DNA of 64,000 nt from Acidobacteriota bacterium (GCA_963663735.2 CAXXHN010000002.1:205073-269072); one strand, 5' to 3'; positions 41,394 to 52,424 are shown, counted from the stretch's first letter. Notes: a model not told the origin generated them from the letters alone. Numbers and translations: made by a program.

Positions 41394-42266
41394 ATGTCGA
41401 GTGAACGCCTGTATTCAACCAGGGAATTGGCCCAGCTTTGGAATGTCAGTGAAACTACTATCAAGCGGTGGTCATTGTCCAAGGGACTCAACTGCCTGAA
41501 AACTCCCGGAGGACACAGGCGTTTCAGCCTGAATGACATTATCCAGTTCCAGGGCAGGAGGGGATTTGAGGCCAGCGGGCTGCTGCAGGGAGTAAATTCA
41601 GATTTTTCTGACCTGGAAATCTGGATCAATTCCAAAAACTTCCAGGAGATCCGTAAGTTCATCATCACCCTCGCTTTGTACAACCAGGTTGATGAAATTA
41701 CAGAGTTCCTGAACCGGCTTTATTTGCGCGGGGTATCACTTGCTGATTTTTATGATGAAATCCTGATTGAATTGTCTGAGACAGATACACCGGAAGATCC
41801 TGATATGGATCTTCGAGGCTACAGGCTTAACCTGGTCCGTTCCAATCTGAGGACAGCTTTTCATTTTTTTTCCCTGAGTCTTGAACCGGGTAAGAAAAAT
41901 GGAAGAACAGCCCTCTGCGTTTCTCCAGTCCCTAACGCGGGTATTCCGCTGCAACTCATGTCCTGTGTTTTCAGGGAGCAGGGCTGGGAATGTCTGACTC
42001 TTCGGGAACCATGTGACCTGAAGATGATGCATGAGTGCGTGAAAACGGAACCGGTTAATCTTTTATCTATCTGGGTTCCGCTTGATTATGAGGTGGAACC
42101 TGGGATGAAACACAGAGAAAAACTTATCAAGTTCCTGGATAAGTACAGGATACCGGTTATTGTAATCCAGAAAAAACCCCATTCCCTGGTACTCCAAAAG
42201 TATTATTCAGAGCGGAGTATCGGGAGTTTTAGACAATTCCAGCAATACGTTAAATCAATATCCTGA
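41394..42266 (+). CDS. MerR/excisionase-type HTH regulator with degenerate B12-binding-like C-terminal domain
   Basis: YSTRELAQLWNVSETTIKRW...KTPGGHRRF; the C-terminal helical and Rossmann-like region ends ..FREQGWECLTL. Confidence 0.7.
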   Translation: MSSERLYSTRELAQLWNVSETTIKRWSLSKGLNCLKTPGGHRRFSLNDIIQFQGRRGFEASGLLQGVNSDFSDLEIWINSKNFQEIRKFIITLALYNQVDEITEFLNRLYLRGVSLADFYDEILIELSETDTPEDPDMDLRGYRLNLVRSNLRTAFHFFSLSLEPGKKNGRTALCVSPVPNAGIPLQLMSCVFREQGWECLTLREPCDLKMMHECVKTEPVNLLSIWVPLDYEVEPGMKHREKLIKFLDKYRIPVIVIQKKPHSLVLQKYYSERSIGSFRQFQQYVKSIS

Positions 42267-42291
42267 AACACCTGACAGGTTTATTCTGGGA

Positions 42292-43086
42292 TTATGCCCT
42301 TTTTTTCCTTTGCAGGATTATAAATAAAATCAGGGCAGCCGGAACTACCATGAGACTGATGGCCTGTGAGGTTGAGATCATCCCGTTGAAATAGATTCCC
42401 CTTTCCGTATCACCTCTGAAGAATTCCAGGATAAACCTGATAATTCCGAAGGAAATAAGGTAAACAGAGAAAAGCTGCCCTGAAACAGGGAAGATTTTTT
42501 TTCTCAATGCCATCCAAAGGATAAAAAAGAGCAGAAGCCAGGAAAGGGATTCATAGAGCTGTACCGGATGGAGCGAATTGTGCAAGGGCACTCCAATCAG
42601 GTTGTGGGCGTATGTGCTGGAAAACGTAACTGCCCATGGCAGCTCAGAATGGCTTCCCCAGCAGCATCCGGCGGAGAAGCACCCAATTCGACCGATTGCC
42701 TGCCCCAGGGGAATCGCGGGAGCCGCGATATCGGCAAACCTGAGAAATGAAACAGAAGGGTTTTTCCTGGAAAAAATAAAACAGCCTGCTATTGCTCCCA
42801 GGAGCCCTCCGTAAAAGACTCCTCCGGCCCGGAGGAAATCAATACTGAAAAGCCGCGACAGGTCATCCAGGTAATAGTTCAGGGATGTCAGGACCAGAAG
42901 GAGCTTGGACCCGATGATTGCTGATATTATGACAATAAATCCGAGATCCCAGACATATTTTTTCTGGATTCCTTCTTTTTGTCCCAGGTAGACCGCCATA
43001 TAGATAGCAGCGAGGATGGCAAGCGTCAGCATTACCCCGTAGGTATGGAGTGTGAATGGGCCGATTTCCAATAGTCTGGGGCACAT
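42292..43086 (-). CDS. lgt: Prolipoprotein diacylglyceryl transferase
   Basis: YGVM, G.VFYGG, GQAIGRIGCF..GCC.G, HPVQLYES, RFILEFFR, SQ. Start ATG 43086. Confidence 0.93.
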   Translation of the reverse strand: MCPRLLEIGPFTLHTYGVMLTLAILAAIYMAVYLGQKEGIQKKYVWDLGFIVIISAIIGSKLLLVLTSLNYYLDDLSRLFSIDFLRAGGVFYGGLLGAIAGCFIFSRKNPSVSFLRFADIAAPAIPLGQAIGRIGCFSAGCCWGSHSELPWAVTFSSTYAHNLIGVPLHNSLHPVQLYESLSWLLLFFILWMALRKKIFPVSGQLFSVYLISFGIIRFILEFFRGDTERGIYFNGMISTSQAISLMVVPAALILFIILQRKKRA

Positions 43087-43216
43087 GATAATCCTGCTGG
43101 AACTTGTTGCCGGAGACACCGTTAAGCGCATTTAGCCCGGTGCCTCCGGTTGTTGCCGGTCTGAAAACTTTACTGCCGGGTTCTATTATACCCGGCAGGT
43201 CAGTTCCGGACCTGTT

Positions 43217-45307
43217 TTATTTGGATTCCTCTTCAGCTTCCTGCTTGGCCTTTTCAATGATCTTTTCGGTCAGGTGGGCGGGAACTATGTCGTAATGGGA
43301 AAGCTCCATCTGGAAACTCCCCCTGCCACCAGTCATGGAAGTCAGGCTTGAATCGTAATTGAGCATTTCTGCCATCGGAACCTGGGCCCGTACAACCTGG
43401 GTGTTCCCCTTGACATCCATTCCCTGGATTCTTCCCCGGCGGCTGTTGAGGTCGCCCATAATATCACCGGCGTTTTCTTCCGGCGCGTAAATCTCTACGT
43501 TCATGGTCGGCTCCAGCAGAACAGGTTTAGCCTGTTCCATGCCTTTTTTAAAAGCTACACCTCCGGCAATCTTAAAAGCCATTTCAGAGGAATCCACATC
43601 GTGGTAGCTTCCATCATAGAGGGTTACCTTAAAGTCAACCACAGGGAAACCGGCCAGATAGCCCCTCTCCGCTGTTTCGATTATTCCCTTTTCAACAGCT
43701 GGGATGTACTGTCTGGGAATTGCTCCGCCGAAGATTTCATCCACAAACTGGAAGCCCGCGCTTCTCTCAGCTGGTTCCATCCTGATGCGGCAGTCACCAA
43801 ACTGTCCGTGTCCACCTGACTGTTTTTTATGACGTCCCTGTACATCGGCAACTCCGGTGATTGTTTCCCGGTAAGGGACCTTGGGTGGTTTGAGCAGGAC
43901 TTCTACACCATATTTTCTTTTCAGCTTGCCAACGGAGACTTCAATATGAAGCTGTCCGCTTCCGGCCAGGATGAATTCCTTGGTTTGGGGATCCCGCCTG
44001 AACTGCAGCGAAGGATCTTCTTCCATTATTCTGGTAACTGACTGGCCTATCTTATCTTCGTCTCCCCTGGTGGCAGGTTCAATGGCAAAGCTGATAGAGG
44101 GGACCGGGTATTCAACAGGTTTGAACAGAGTGCCCTCTTTTTCATCAGACAGGGTGTCACCGGTTACTGTCTCCTTGAGCTTAAGCACTCCGCAGATATC
44201 GCCGGTATTAATTTCTGAAAGGGCTTCATGGCTTTTGCCCTGGAATGCCTGGAGTGAACCGAGTCTTTCATCGGCGCGTTTTCCCAGATTCCTGAGTGTT
44301 GAGTCAGATTTGATAGTGCCTGCCAGGGATTTAATCAGGCTGATGCGCCCGGCGAATGGGTCAGCCAGGGTTTTGAAAACAAAAGCCAGGGGTTTTCCGT
44401 TCGGAACAACATTGATTTCTGTATCTTCACCGGAAGCGTTGACTCCAGTCACGGCAACTCTTTCCAGCGGGTTTGGGCAGAGGGAGGTGATTGCGTTCAG
44501 CAGGGTTGCTATTCCGGCGTTCCTGGATGCGGCGGTACAAAAAGCAGGGTAGAACGTTCCGGCCTTGATCGATTTTGCCATGCCTGCGAGCAGGTCTTCA
44601 TCGGAAAGGGTTCCTTCTTCAAAGAATTTTTCCATGAGGGAGTCGTCGCTTTCCGCGATCATCTCAATCAGGTCCTCGCGGCGGGCCGCAACTTCATCCT
44701 GCATATCTGCGGGAATATCCTTTTCCTTGGGAATTCCTTTTCCATCCAGTTCATAGTAGAGAGCCTTGTTGGTTATAAGGTCAATTATTCCCTGGAATTC
44801 TTTTTCCTCACCGATAGGCAGTTGGACCGGCACTATTTCCCGGGCCAGTGTTCCCTGCAGTGAATCAACGGTGCGTTTAAAACTGGCATTGTCCCTGTCC
44901 AGTTTGTTAATAACTACTATCCGGGGGACATTGAATTCTTCCGCAAAAGACCAGACTAATTCTGTCTGTACTTCAACACCTGATACGGCGTCAACCACCA
45001 CCAGGGCTGTTTCGACGGCAGGCATCGAAGATTTTGCGTCGAATATAAATGCCCGGTATCCCGGGGTATCCAGCAGGTTAATCTTATAGTCTTTCCACTG
45101 ACAATAGGCCAGTGAAGTATTAATAGTTATTTTGCGTTCAATTTCGTCTTCGTCGTAATCAGTAACGGTTGTACCATCTTCTACTTTTCCTAACCGGTTA
45201 ACCTCTCCTGATGTGTAGAGGAAAGCGCTGACAAGTGTTGTTTTGCCAGTGTCTCCATGTCCTACAACCGCAATGTTGCGGATTTTTTCGCTGTCGAATA
45301 CCTTCAA
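43217..45307 (-). CDS. fusA: Elongation factor G paralog (EF-G2/fusA2-like)
   Basis: Five-domain EF-G with GHGDTGKTT, ERKITI, DTPGY, NKLD, KKQSGGHGQ, DGSYHDVDSS, T.GRG; not in the str operon. Confidence 0.88.
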   Translation of the reverse strand: MKVFDSEKIRNIAVVGHGDTGKTTLVSAFLYTSGEVNRLGKVEDGTTVTDYDEDEIERKITINTSLAYCQWKDYKINLLDTPGYRAFIFDAKSSMPAVETALVVVDAVSGVEVQTELVWSFAEEFNVPRIVVINKLDRDNASFKRTVDSLQGTLAREIVPVQLPIGEEKEFQGIIDLITNKALYYELDGKGIPKEKDIPADMQDEVAARREDLIEMIAESDDSLMEKFFEEGTLSDEDLLAGMAKSIKAGTFYPAFCTAASRNAGIATLLNAITSLCPNPLERVAVTGVNASGEDTEINVVPNGKPLAFVFKTLADPFAGRISLIKSLAGTIKSDSTLRNLGKRADERLGSLQAFQGKSHEALSEINTGDICGVLKLKETVTGDTLSDEKEGTLFKPVEYPVPSISFAIEPATRGDEDKIGQSVTRIMEEDPSLQFRRDPQTKEFILAGSGQLHIEVSVGKLKRKYGVEVLLKPPKVPYRETITGVADVQGRHKKQSGGHGQFGDCRIRMEPAERSAGFQFVDEIFGGAIPRQYIPAVEKGIIETAERGYLAGFPVVDFKVTLYDGSYHDVDSSEMAFKIAGGVAFKKGMEQAKPVLLEPTMNVEIYAPEENAGDIMGDLNSRRGRIQGMDVKGNTQVVRAQVPMAEMLNYDSSLTSMTGGRGSFQMELSHYDIVPAHLTEKIIEKAKQEAEEESK

Positions 45308-45588
45308 ATCGAACTCCTTTCTGGGGTATAGTGAGGTTGGAAAAATTTAGCACAGCTGGAGAAGTAATTCAATCGCAACATTAAGTTTATTAAAACTGAT
45401 GCTGGAATTCATGAGAAAAAAGGAAATGGGGACTTCCCCGGTTTTCCCCTGGAATGATGCTGCCGGGTTTTTTTAGAAAACTATTCATTGATGCCGTATG
45501 CCTTAATCCTGGTATGAGTCTCTAAGACAGCCGACTGCTGAATGGGATAGAATTAGCGGAGATGCAAGCTTAAACCCGGCAGAATATT

Positions 45589-46527
45589 ATGGAAAATAAG
45601 ATCCTCAGACTGATCCGTTTTACTTCAGCTGCTGCCCACATTGCAGGCCTGGCGGCATTGTTTATGGGTAGCGAACCCCTTTACTCGCTGCCCCTTTTGG
45701 CATGGAGCTTCCTATTTTTTCTTTCTTCAGATAACCAGATCAGGGAATCAAATTCCATCATTCTCGGTGACTTGAAGAGAGCGGCCTCCCTTGTGGCGGC
45801 ATCGCTGCTTTTTGGTTCATTGCTGGAAGCTGCCAATTTTTTACTGCTGCATCATTATTTCATGGGAGTGCCGGAGGAAATCTGGCTCAGGTGGCCCTTC
45901 CATATCTGCTCGTTAGCTGTGGTAATTCCGTTGATCCTGGAGATTGAGAGGAAGCTTGAGAACCTGGGTGTGGCCGAGATACTGCTCTGGAGAAAGGTAG
46001 TAATCAGCCGGGGGACGCAGTTTGTCCTCCTGGCAACAGGGATGCTCCTTCTCATTATCCTGGTCTTTAACCCGCTGTCCCTTTATCCGCTTCTCTGGAT
46101 TATTCTGCTCCTGCTGACCGATCCGCTGCTGCAACTGCTTGGCCATGACCAGCGGAGCATTTCAGGCCAGTTTGAAGAAGGTTATTACGGGCAGGTTTTC
46201 CGTTTAATACTGTCCGGGGTCCTTTTCGGATTTCTTTGGGAATTATGGAATTTTTGGGCCGGAGCCAAATGGTTCTACGCTCCATCCGGTTTTGACCATG
46301 GTTACCTTTTCGAACTGCCACTCCTGGAGTTTTGGGGGTATGCCTTTACGGCCCTCGCGGCTTACGCTTTCTTCCAGCTGTCCCTCGTGTTGAATGAGAG
46401 GTTACTTCGGGTGGTGAACCTTAAGCTGGTTTTGATCGTTGAAATCCTGGCCTTGATCCTGATTCTGGCTGCCGTATTGGCTGGAATGGACGCCATGACT
46501 ACTGTTTCCTTCAGGCAGGTCATTTAA
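45589..46527 (+). CDS. Hypothetical multi-pass membrane protein
   Basis: About 9 TM segments; GFLWELWNFWAGAKW.Y...LFELPLL motif. Confidence 0.75.
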   Translation: MENKILRLIRFTSAAAHIAGLAALFMGSEPLYSLPLLAWSFLFFLSSDNQIRESNSIILGDLKRAASLVAASLLFGSLLEAANFLLLHHYFMGVPEEIWLRWPFHICSLAVVIPLILEIERKLENLGVAEILLWRKVVISRGTQFVLLATGMLLLIILVFNPLSLYPLLWIILLLLTDPLLQLLGHDQRSISGQFEEGYYGQVFRLILSGVLFGFLWELWNFWAGAKWFYAPSGFDHGYLFELPLLEFWGYAFTALAAYAFFQLSLVLNERLLRVVNLKLVLIVEILALILILAAVLAGMDAMTTVSFRQVI

Positions 46528-46589
46528 CGTGAATAGTTGCAGGTAGCAAGGCTCAGGTTGCAGGGAGTAAAGTCCTCAATTGTTAATCG

Positions 46590-47609
46590 TCAATCGTCGT
46601 TTGGTTGATGATTCAGTCTCTGACCGCAGCAGGCTGCCCCGAGGAGCGCCGCCTTGGGATCCAACGCTACCCTGACCGGCATTGATTCCAGCAATTTTCT
46701 CATCCTCCCTTTGGCCAGGAACGCAGACATGAACAGGTCCTTTTTCAGAAAGGGCAGTATCTTGGGGGCAATTCCTCCTCCAATAAAAACCCCGGCCGTG
46801 GATGTAGCCTTCAGTGCCAGGTTGGCTGCCTCTGAACCATAAATTGAGACAAAGATTTCCAGGGATCTGACTGCTATGGGAATCTCCCCCTCCAGGGCCT
46901 TGCCTGATATAAAGGCGCTTGGATCTTCGGCTTTTTCCAGGGATTCATACAGTCCCGGGGGTTCGGTTTCAATTCCGGTATCCTTCAAAAACCGGTAAAT
47001 ATTGTAGAGTCCGGGACCGGAAAGGATCCTTTCAGTGCTGACGTGATCATATCTGTCGAGAAGGTATTCCAGGAGATCTATCTCCAGACTGCTGCAGGGG
47101 GAGAATGAAGAATGCCCACCCTCGGAGGGCAGGGGATAAAGCTGTCCGTCCCGGCGGGCAAAAATAGTTTCACCAAGCCCGGTTCCGGCCGCGATCAGGG
47201 CTGCCTGCCCCGAGTTGTCAGCCTTTCCCCGGTTCAGGTCAACAAAATTTGAATCATCCAGATTTAAAACACCATACCCGGTCGCTTCCAGGTCATTGAT
47301 AAGAAGTACCTGGCTGATGCCCAGGACATCCCGTAACCCGTCCGCGGTGATGACCCATGGCAGGTTTGTCGTATCAACTTTCTGGTCAACTATTGGTCCG
47401 GCTATTCCGATGCAGGCAGCGGTGATTGCCTTGCTTTTGTGTGGGAAAATTTTTTTGATTTCATCCAGGAAAGATGAGATAACATCCTCCAGTCCTGGAA
47501 AATCCTCGCTGGGATAGCTGTTTTCAAAACAAGGTTCTGGCTTTCCCCCCGAAAAGGAATAAAGCGCCAAGTTGCACTTGGTGCCCCCTACATCTCCTGC
47601 TAATATCAT
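46590..47609 (-). CDS. glk: Glucokinase
   Basis: LAGDVGGT, GIAGP, TNLPW, INDLEA, GTGLG, SEGGH, ERILSGPG, GGGIAPK. Confidence 0.95.
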   Translation of the reverse strand: MILAGDVGGTKCNLALYSFSGGKPEPCFENSYPSEDFPGLEDVISSFLDEIKKIFPHKSKAITAACIGIAGPIVDQKVDTTNLPWVITADGLRDVLGISQVLLINDLEATGYGVLNLDDSNFVDLNRGKADNSGQAALIAAGTGLGETIFARRDGQLYPLPSEGGHSSFSPCSSLEIDLLEYLLDRYDHVSTERILSGPGLYNIYRFLKDTGIETEPPGLYESLEKAEDPSAFISGKALEGEIPIAVRSLEIFVSIYGSEAANLALKATSTAGVFIGGGIAPKILPFLKKDLFMSAFLAKGRMRKLLESMPVRVALDPKAALLGAACCGQRLNHQPNDD

Positions 47610-47720
47610 TAATCTAACTTCTCCATATCGGCCTGATCAGAAATAACGGTTTCGCCCTGCCTATTTCTGCGGGCCCCTGTTGCTTTTATGCTGGTCGCCA
47701 TGTTTTTTCAACATGGAATT

Positions 47721-48881
47721 TTACTGAGCCTTCCGGTTGCGGAGAAATGTCGGGGCATCAAGCCATTCCAGATCTTCTTTTGTCGCAGCGACGGTATCTT
47801 TTTCATTCTGGAAGAAAAGGTCTTCCTTGACCCGGAATGACTCCGGAAAATCCAGGGGCTGACGGCTTGTATGACTGGGCAGCTGGGAGACTGGGGTTTC
47901 ATCTTCAAACCCTGTAGCTATAACCGTGATTTTGATACTTTCATCCATGGCATCGTCCAGGACCCTGCCAATAATGATCAGGGCATCTTCATGAGCGGAA
48001 TCTTCAATAATTTCGCAGGCATCGCTCATTTCAGCCAGGGTAAGACTGCTAGGCCCGGTAATATTGATAAGAACACCCCTGGCTCCATCTATACTGCAGT
48101 TCTCCAGGAGCGGGCTGGAAATGGCAGCCTTGGCGGCGGTGACCGCCCGGTCTTCTCCACTGGCAATCCCGGTTCCCATCAGCGCCATTCCGGTATAGGA
48201 CATTACTGTCCTTACATCAGAAAAGTCCACGTTCATCTGTCCATACATGGTGATGGCATCGCTTATCCCCTGGACCGCCTGTCTCAGTACGTCATCTGCC
48301 GCTTCGAATGCCGCTTCAACGGTAGTGTCCCTGCCCACTGTCTCCAGAAGACGCTGATTGGGTATGGCAATGACAGTATCACAGTTTTCCTTCAGTTCCA
48401 GGAGGCCTTCTTCTGCTGACTTGAGTTTCCTTCTTCCTTCAAATTTGAAGGGAAGCGTTACAACGCCGACAGTCAGAGCGTTCAGGTTAATGGAAAGATT
48501 GGCTATGATTGGGGCAGCGCCGGTTCCGGTACCTCCCCCCAGTCCGGCTGTGATGAAAACCATGTCAGCTCCCTCAAGCAGCTGAATGATCCTCTCCGTA
48601 TCCTCCAGGGCGGCTTCCTTTCCTTTTTCAGGCCTGGCTCCAACCCCCAGTCCACGGGCTGCTTTTTCGCCGATCTGCAGCCTTGTTGGAGCCTTGGATT
48701 TGTCCAGGTCCTGGACATCTGTATTGATCGCGATGAATTCCACCCCTTCTATGCCAGCTTCAATCATGCGGTTTACGGCGTTGCAACCGCCCCCGCCTAC
48801 TCCCACAACTTTAATAGTGGCGCCGGGTGTAGAAGTGTCGTCCATCGCAAAAAGGGCGCTACTTTCTTTTTTTTCAATCAT
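47721..48881 (-). CDS. ftsZ: Cell division protein FtsZ
   Basis: [18 protein letters not shown] tubulin motif, PF.FEG, NVDF.DV, C-terminal LDAPTFLR. Confidence 0.98.
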   Translation of the reverse strand: MIEKKESSALFAMDDTSTPGATIKVVGVGGGGCNAVNRMIEAGIEGVEFIAINTDVQDLDKSKAPTRLQIGEKAARGLGVGARPEKGKEAALEDTERIIQLLEGADMVFITAGLGGGTGTGAAPIIANLSINLNALTVGVVTLPFKFEGRRKLKSAEEGLLELKENCDTVIAIPNQRLLETVGRDTTVEAAFEAADDVLRQAVQGISDAITMYGQMNVDFSDVRTVMSYTGMALMGTGIASGEDRAVTAAKAAISSPLLENCSIDGARGVLINITGPSSLTLAEMSDACEIIEDSAHEDALIIIGRVLDDAMDESIKITVIATGFEDETPVSQLPSHTSRQPLDFPESFRVKEDLFFQNEKDTVAATKEDLEWLDAPTFLRNRKAQ

Positions 48882-48949
48882 CGCTATCTCCTCCTATATG
48901 TTTTCCCATACTAAAGAATAATTTCTTTTAATTTGTGGAGACAGAACAG

Positions 48950-50206
48950 TTAATTTCTGCTGTCTCCCAGCATCCAGTCCCGAAATCGTTCAAATCCTGA
49001 TTTTTTTCTCTCATCGGGTTTATTCTGGTTTATTCGAAAATATTTTTGCTCCTGGCGTTCCCTGGCACAAATAAGCAGGCCGGCCGCGGTTGAATGCATA
49101 ACTCCAAGATTTTCTCCCCTGGCTGTGGTCACCATGTCCGGTATGCCAATACGTACCGGCATCCGGAGTTTATGCTCAGTCATTTCAGCTATGCCATGGA
49201 GCAGGGCTCCTCCTCCTGTAAGGACTATTCCGGTAAAAAGCTCTCGCCTCAGTTCAATCCTCTTGAGTTCCCTGGCAATCGCGTCCAGAATTTCTGAACT
49301 CCTGTCACTAATAACATCACAGACTGTAAATCTGGATACTTTTTGGTTCTGATTAGTGCCGATGAGGCTTATTTCTACAACTTCTTCCTGCGAAACGTTA
49401 TTCAGGTCAACTGATCCCAAACGCAGTTTCAGGTTTTCGGCCTCATTTAAGGGAGTCCTTAAAGTTATGGCCAGGTCCTTGGTTACCTGGCAGGCGCCAA
49501 TTGGGAGGACAGTTGTGTGGAGCAGGCGGTTCCGGTAGATAATCGAAAGGCTGGTTGTTCCACCTCCCATGTTGATGTGAACAACGCCCAGTTCCATTTC
49601 ATCGGGGCTCAATACCCCGAAGCCTGAAGCAACCTGCTGCAGTTCCATACCTTCGATAGACCGAATATCAGCGTTTGCCAGGGCATTGCGCACATTTGAT
49701 ATTACTGCCGAAGGAGTCAGGATCAGGTAGAGACTGGCGGACATATTATCAGCTGTCATACCCTGGGGATCCGATACTTCATTTTCGCCGTCCAGTAGAA
49801 AATACTGGAGTTTTTCATGGAGGATTTCAAAATCTTCAGGAATAGTTATTTTATTTTTGGCATCCAGACAAAGATGTTCAACATCCTCCCTGGTTATCAG
49901 GCGGTTTCTGGCAGTGATCGCTCTGGAAGTTGATATTTTGATTCCAGCGGAACGGTAACCTCCGATACCGACCCAAACCGCGCTGAAATCAACATCCGCT
50001 TTCTGGACAGCTTCATCCACTGATTCCTTTACAGCTCGTGACGTTTCGGTCAGATGGTTGATGTGCCCCTGGCTGACACCTCTTTCCAGTTTGACTATAC
50101 TGCTTCCCAGGACCTTTACTTCGTCACTGCGCACCTCGCCTATGCACGTACACACTTTTGTGGTGCCAATATCAATCCCGGCAATTACTCGTCTTTTTAT
50201 AGCCAT
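48950..50206 (-). CDS. ftsA: Cell division protein FtsA
   Basis: IDIGTTK, DP.GM, MGGGTT, AE.LK, LTGGGA, C-terminal amphipathic helix FERFRDWM. Confidence 0.96.
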   Translation of the reverse strand: MAIKRRVIAGIDIGTTKVCTCIGEVRSDEVKVLGSSIVKLERGVSQGHINHLTETSRAVKESVDEAVQKADVDFSAVWVGIGGYRSAGIKISTSRAITARNRLITREDVEHLCLDAKNKITIPEDFEILHEKLQYFLLDGENEVSDPQGMTADNMSASLYLILTPSAVISNVRNALANADIRSIEGMELQQVASGFGVLSPDEMELGVVHINMGGGTTSLSIIYRNRLLHTTVLPIGACQVTKDLAITLRTPLNEAENLKLRLGSVDLNNVSQEEVVEISLIGTNQNQKVSRFTVCDVISDRSSEILDAIARELKRIELRRELFTGIVLTGGGALLHGIAEMTEHKLRMPVRIGIPDMVTTARGENLGVMHSTAAGLLICARERQEQKYFRINQNKPDERKKSGFERFRDWMLGDSRN

Positions 50207-50242
50207 TCTGAAATATTTTTCTCAATTACTATTGGTTGTTGA

Positions 50243-51052
50243 TCAGCCCGGAATGTTCTCGTTTTCAGTCCGGAAAATTATCTGTTTGTCAAAGCTGATA
50301 TCTATGTATTGTAATGTCCCATACTGCTTTTTAATCTGGTAATAGAGCTGTTTCCTGCTCAAAAACGATTCGTATCTTTCCCTGAATGATTTTTCTCCCA
50401 GGTAAATTACTATCGGGTCTTCCCGGGGGATTATTGATACGTGTCCAGGGTCAGTAACATCAATTTCAGAAACCGTTTCTGAATAATCCTCGCCTCCGTT
50501 TTGGAATTCGGACAGTACCGCCAGATATGCCTTCATCCTGACATTGTTAAAATGATCCGTATTCTCGCTCAACTGGTGTTTCAGGCCCCTGACAATGGGT
50601 TTCTGCAGAAGTTCATGCTGGTCAGTGAACGGATCGAGAATGATTCCCTGGCTGTCAACGATATGCAGCTTGTTATCCACTCCGGCTACGGCAACAGCCT
50701 CTCTTTCAGTGACCTCGATAATCAGGGTATCCGGGAGCTTTCTCCTGACAATCACTTCAGATATCCATGGGAGAGTTTCAACCGATTCCTTGATTTTTTC
50801 CAGGTCGGCCAGCAATATGCACTCCGGAGAACAGGCCCGTACGATGCCCTGGATATCAGCGGGACTGGCCTGGCGGGTACCTTTGACAATAACTTCTGAC
50901 AGCTGTATCTCCGGCATTTTAACAACATAGCGGTAACCTGAGGAAGCCGCGAGCATCAGTGCCCCCAGAAACACAACCCCGGCCAGCACTTTAATGCCGG
51001 TTAGCAGATGACGGGCGGTATTCCTTTTTTTTCTAGCAGTTGTTTTTTTCAA
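50243..51052 (-). CDS. ftsQ: Cell division protein FtsQ
   Basis: One TM, POTRA LPWI....VRRKLPDTL.I.V.ER, YIDISF; position in cluster. TTG start at 51052 follows CAGGAGAGG (ORF track 51082). Confidence 0.92.
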   Translation of the reverse strand: MKKTTARKKRNTARHLLTGIKVLAGVVFLGALMLAASSGYRYVVKMPEIQLSEVIVKGTRQASPADIQGIVRACSPECILLADLEKIKESVETLPWISEVIVRRKLPDTLIIEVTEREAVAVAGVDNKLHIVDSQGIILDPFTDQHELLQKPIVRGLKHQLSENTDHFNNVRMKAYLAVLSEFQNGGEDYSETVSEIDVTDPGHVSIIPREDPIVIYLGEKSFRERYESFLSRKQLYYQIKKQYGTLQYIDISFDKQIIFRTENENIPG

Positions 51053-52424
51053 GGAATGCCTCTCCTGTTTTCCAGACGTCACCAGCCCCCATTGTTATTA
51101 TAAGATCCTCCGGTCTGGCGGTCTTTGTGAGGTGTTCCACAACGGAATCACCTGAGGTGAAATATGTTACCGGTCTCTTTTTTTTAATCTCCAGGGCCAA
51201 CCTCTCAGAGAGGTTTTCTTTTGCAGGAAGCTCTCCGGCCGCATAGATTGGCAGGAGTAGCAGTTCGTCCGGGCCTGTGAAAGAATCAGCCAGTTCATAG
51301 AGAAGATGTTCGGTACGGCTGTGGCGGTGTGGCTGGAAAATAAGAATCGTCCTCCTGCCTATTGTCTGAAATGCTTTCAGGGCAGCTTTTATTTCGGTAG
51401 GATGGTGAGCATAATCATCCATGACCCAGATACCTCTGGACTCACCCTTGAATTCCATTCTCCTTGACAGTCCTGTGAAAGAGTTAAGTGCTGACTGGAT
51501 TGTGTTAAAGCTGACTCCCAGGAACAGGCTGATAGCTATGGCAGCCAGGGAGTTTAGTACATTTACTTCTCCGGGAACCCGAAGATCAATTTTCCCAAGC
51601 CGTCGGGATTCATTAAGAAGACAGAAAGAGGATCTGAGTCCATTGGTTTCGATTTCGACTGCTGAATAAAAGGCTCCTGGATTCAGTCCATAGGTTATCA
51701 CCCTGGTCCTGACTTGAGGCAGGACCATTTGCAGACCGGGATCATCCAGGCAGCATACCGCGGCTCCTTCCGCGTTTATTGAGTTCAAGTGCCTGAGGAA
51801 AGCGTCTTTAATATCGTCAATGTCCCGGTAGGTATTGAGGTGGTCTGAATCTATATTAGTAACGATACCGGCAAAAGGTTCATATTTAAGGAAACTGCGG
51901 TCACTTTCATCCGCTTCGGCAATGAAAAAGCGGCCTTTGCCAGCCAGGAAGCTTCCTCCCAGTCCAGGGATTTCAGCCCCGGCAACCAGGTAGGGAGATT
52001 CTCCCGCGGCTTCCATGATAGTGGCCAGCATTGCGGTTACAGTTGATTTGCCATGGGTGCCTGCTACTGTTATTCCGGTCCGGGACTGCATCATCAGGTT
52101 AAGTAGGTCTGATCGATGCAGCAGTGGAATTCCCCTGCTGGCGGCCTCCAGTAATTCTGGATTATCAGGACTGACGGCCGAGGAATACACCACGGCTTCA
52201 GCATTTCCCAGATTGGTTCCTGAATGTCCTATGTGCACAATTATCCCTTTTCCGGCAAGCCGCCTGGTAACGCGGCTTGCGGAGATATCAGATCCAGACA
52301 CTGACATGCCCTGGCCTAAAGCCATTTCAGCCAGGGAACTCATGCCTGAACCGCCGATTCCAACAAAATGAATGATTCCAATTTCTTTATCAGGTATTTT
52401 ACCTGCCGGCACTGTCAGTCCCAC
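51033..52424 (-). CDS. murC: UDP-N-acetylmuramate--L-alanine ligase
   Basis: HFVGIGGSGMS, GTHGKSTVT, EADESD, DDYAHHPTE, FQPHR.SRT, MGAGD. Confidence 0.97.
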   Translation of the reverse strand: MGLTVPAGKIPDKEIGIIHFVGIGGSGMSSLAEMALGQGMSVSGSDISASRVTRRLAGKGIIVHIGHSGTNLGNAEAVVYSSAVSPDNPELLEAASRGIPLLHRSDLLNLMMQSRTGITVAGTHGKSTVTAMLATIMEAAGESPYLVAGAEIPGLGGSFLAGKGRFFIAEADESDRSFLKYEPFAGIVTNIDSDHLNTYRDIDDIKDAFLRHLNSINAEGAAVCCLDDPGLQMVLPQVRTRVITYGLNPGAFYSAVEIETNGLRSSFCLLNESRRLGKIDLRVPGEVNVLNSLAAIAISLFLGVSFNTIQSALNSFTGLSRRMEFKGESRGIWVMDDYAHHPTEIKAALKAFQTIGRRTILIFQPHRHSRTEHLLYELADSFTGPDELLLLPIYAAGELPAKENLSERLALEIKKKRPVTYFTSGDSVVEHLTKTARPEDLIITMGAGDVWKTGEAFLEKNNC

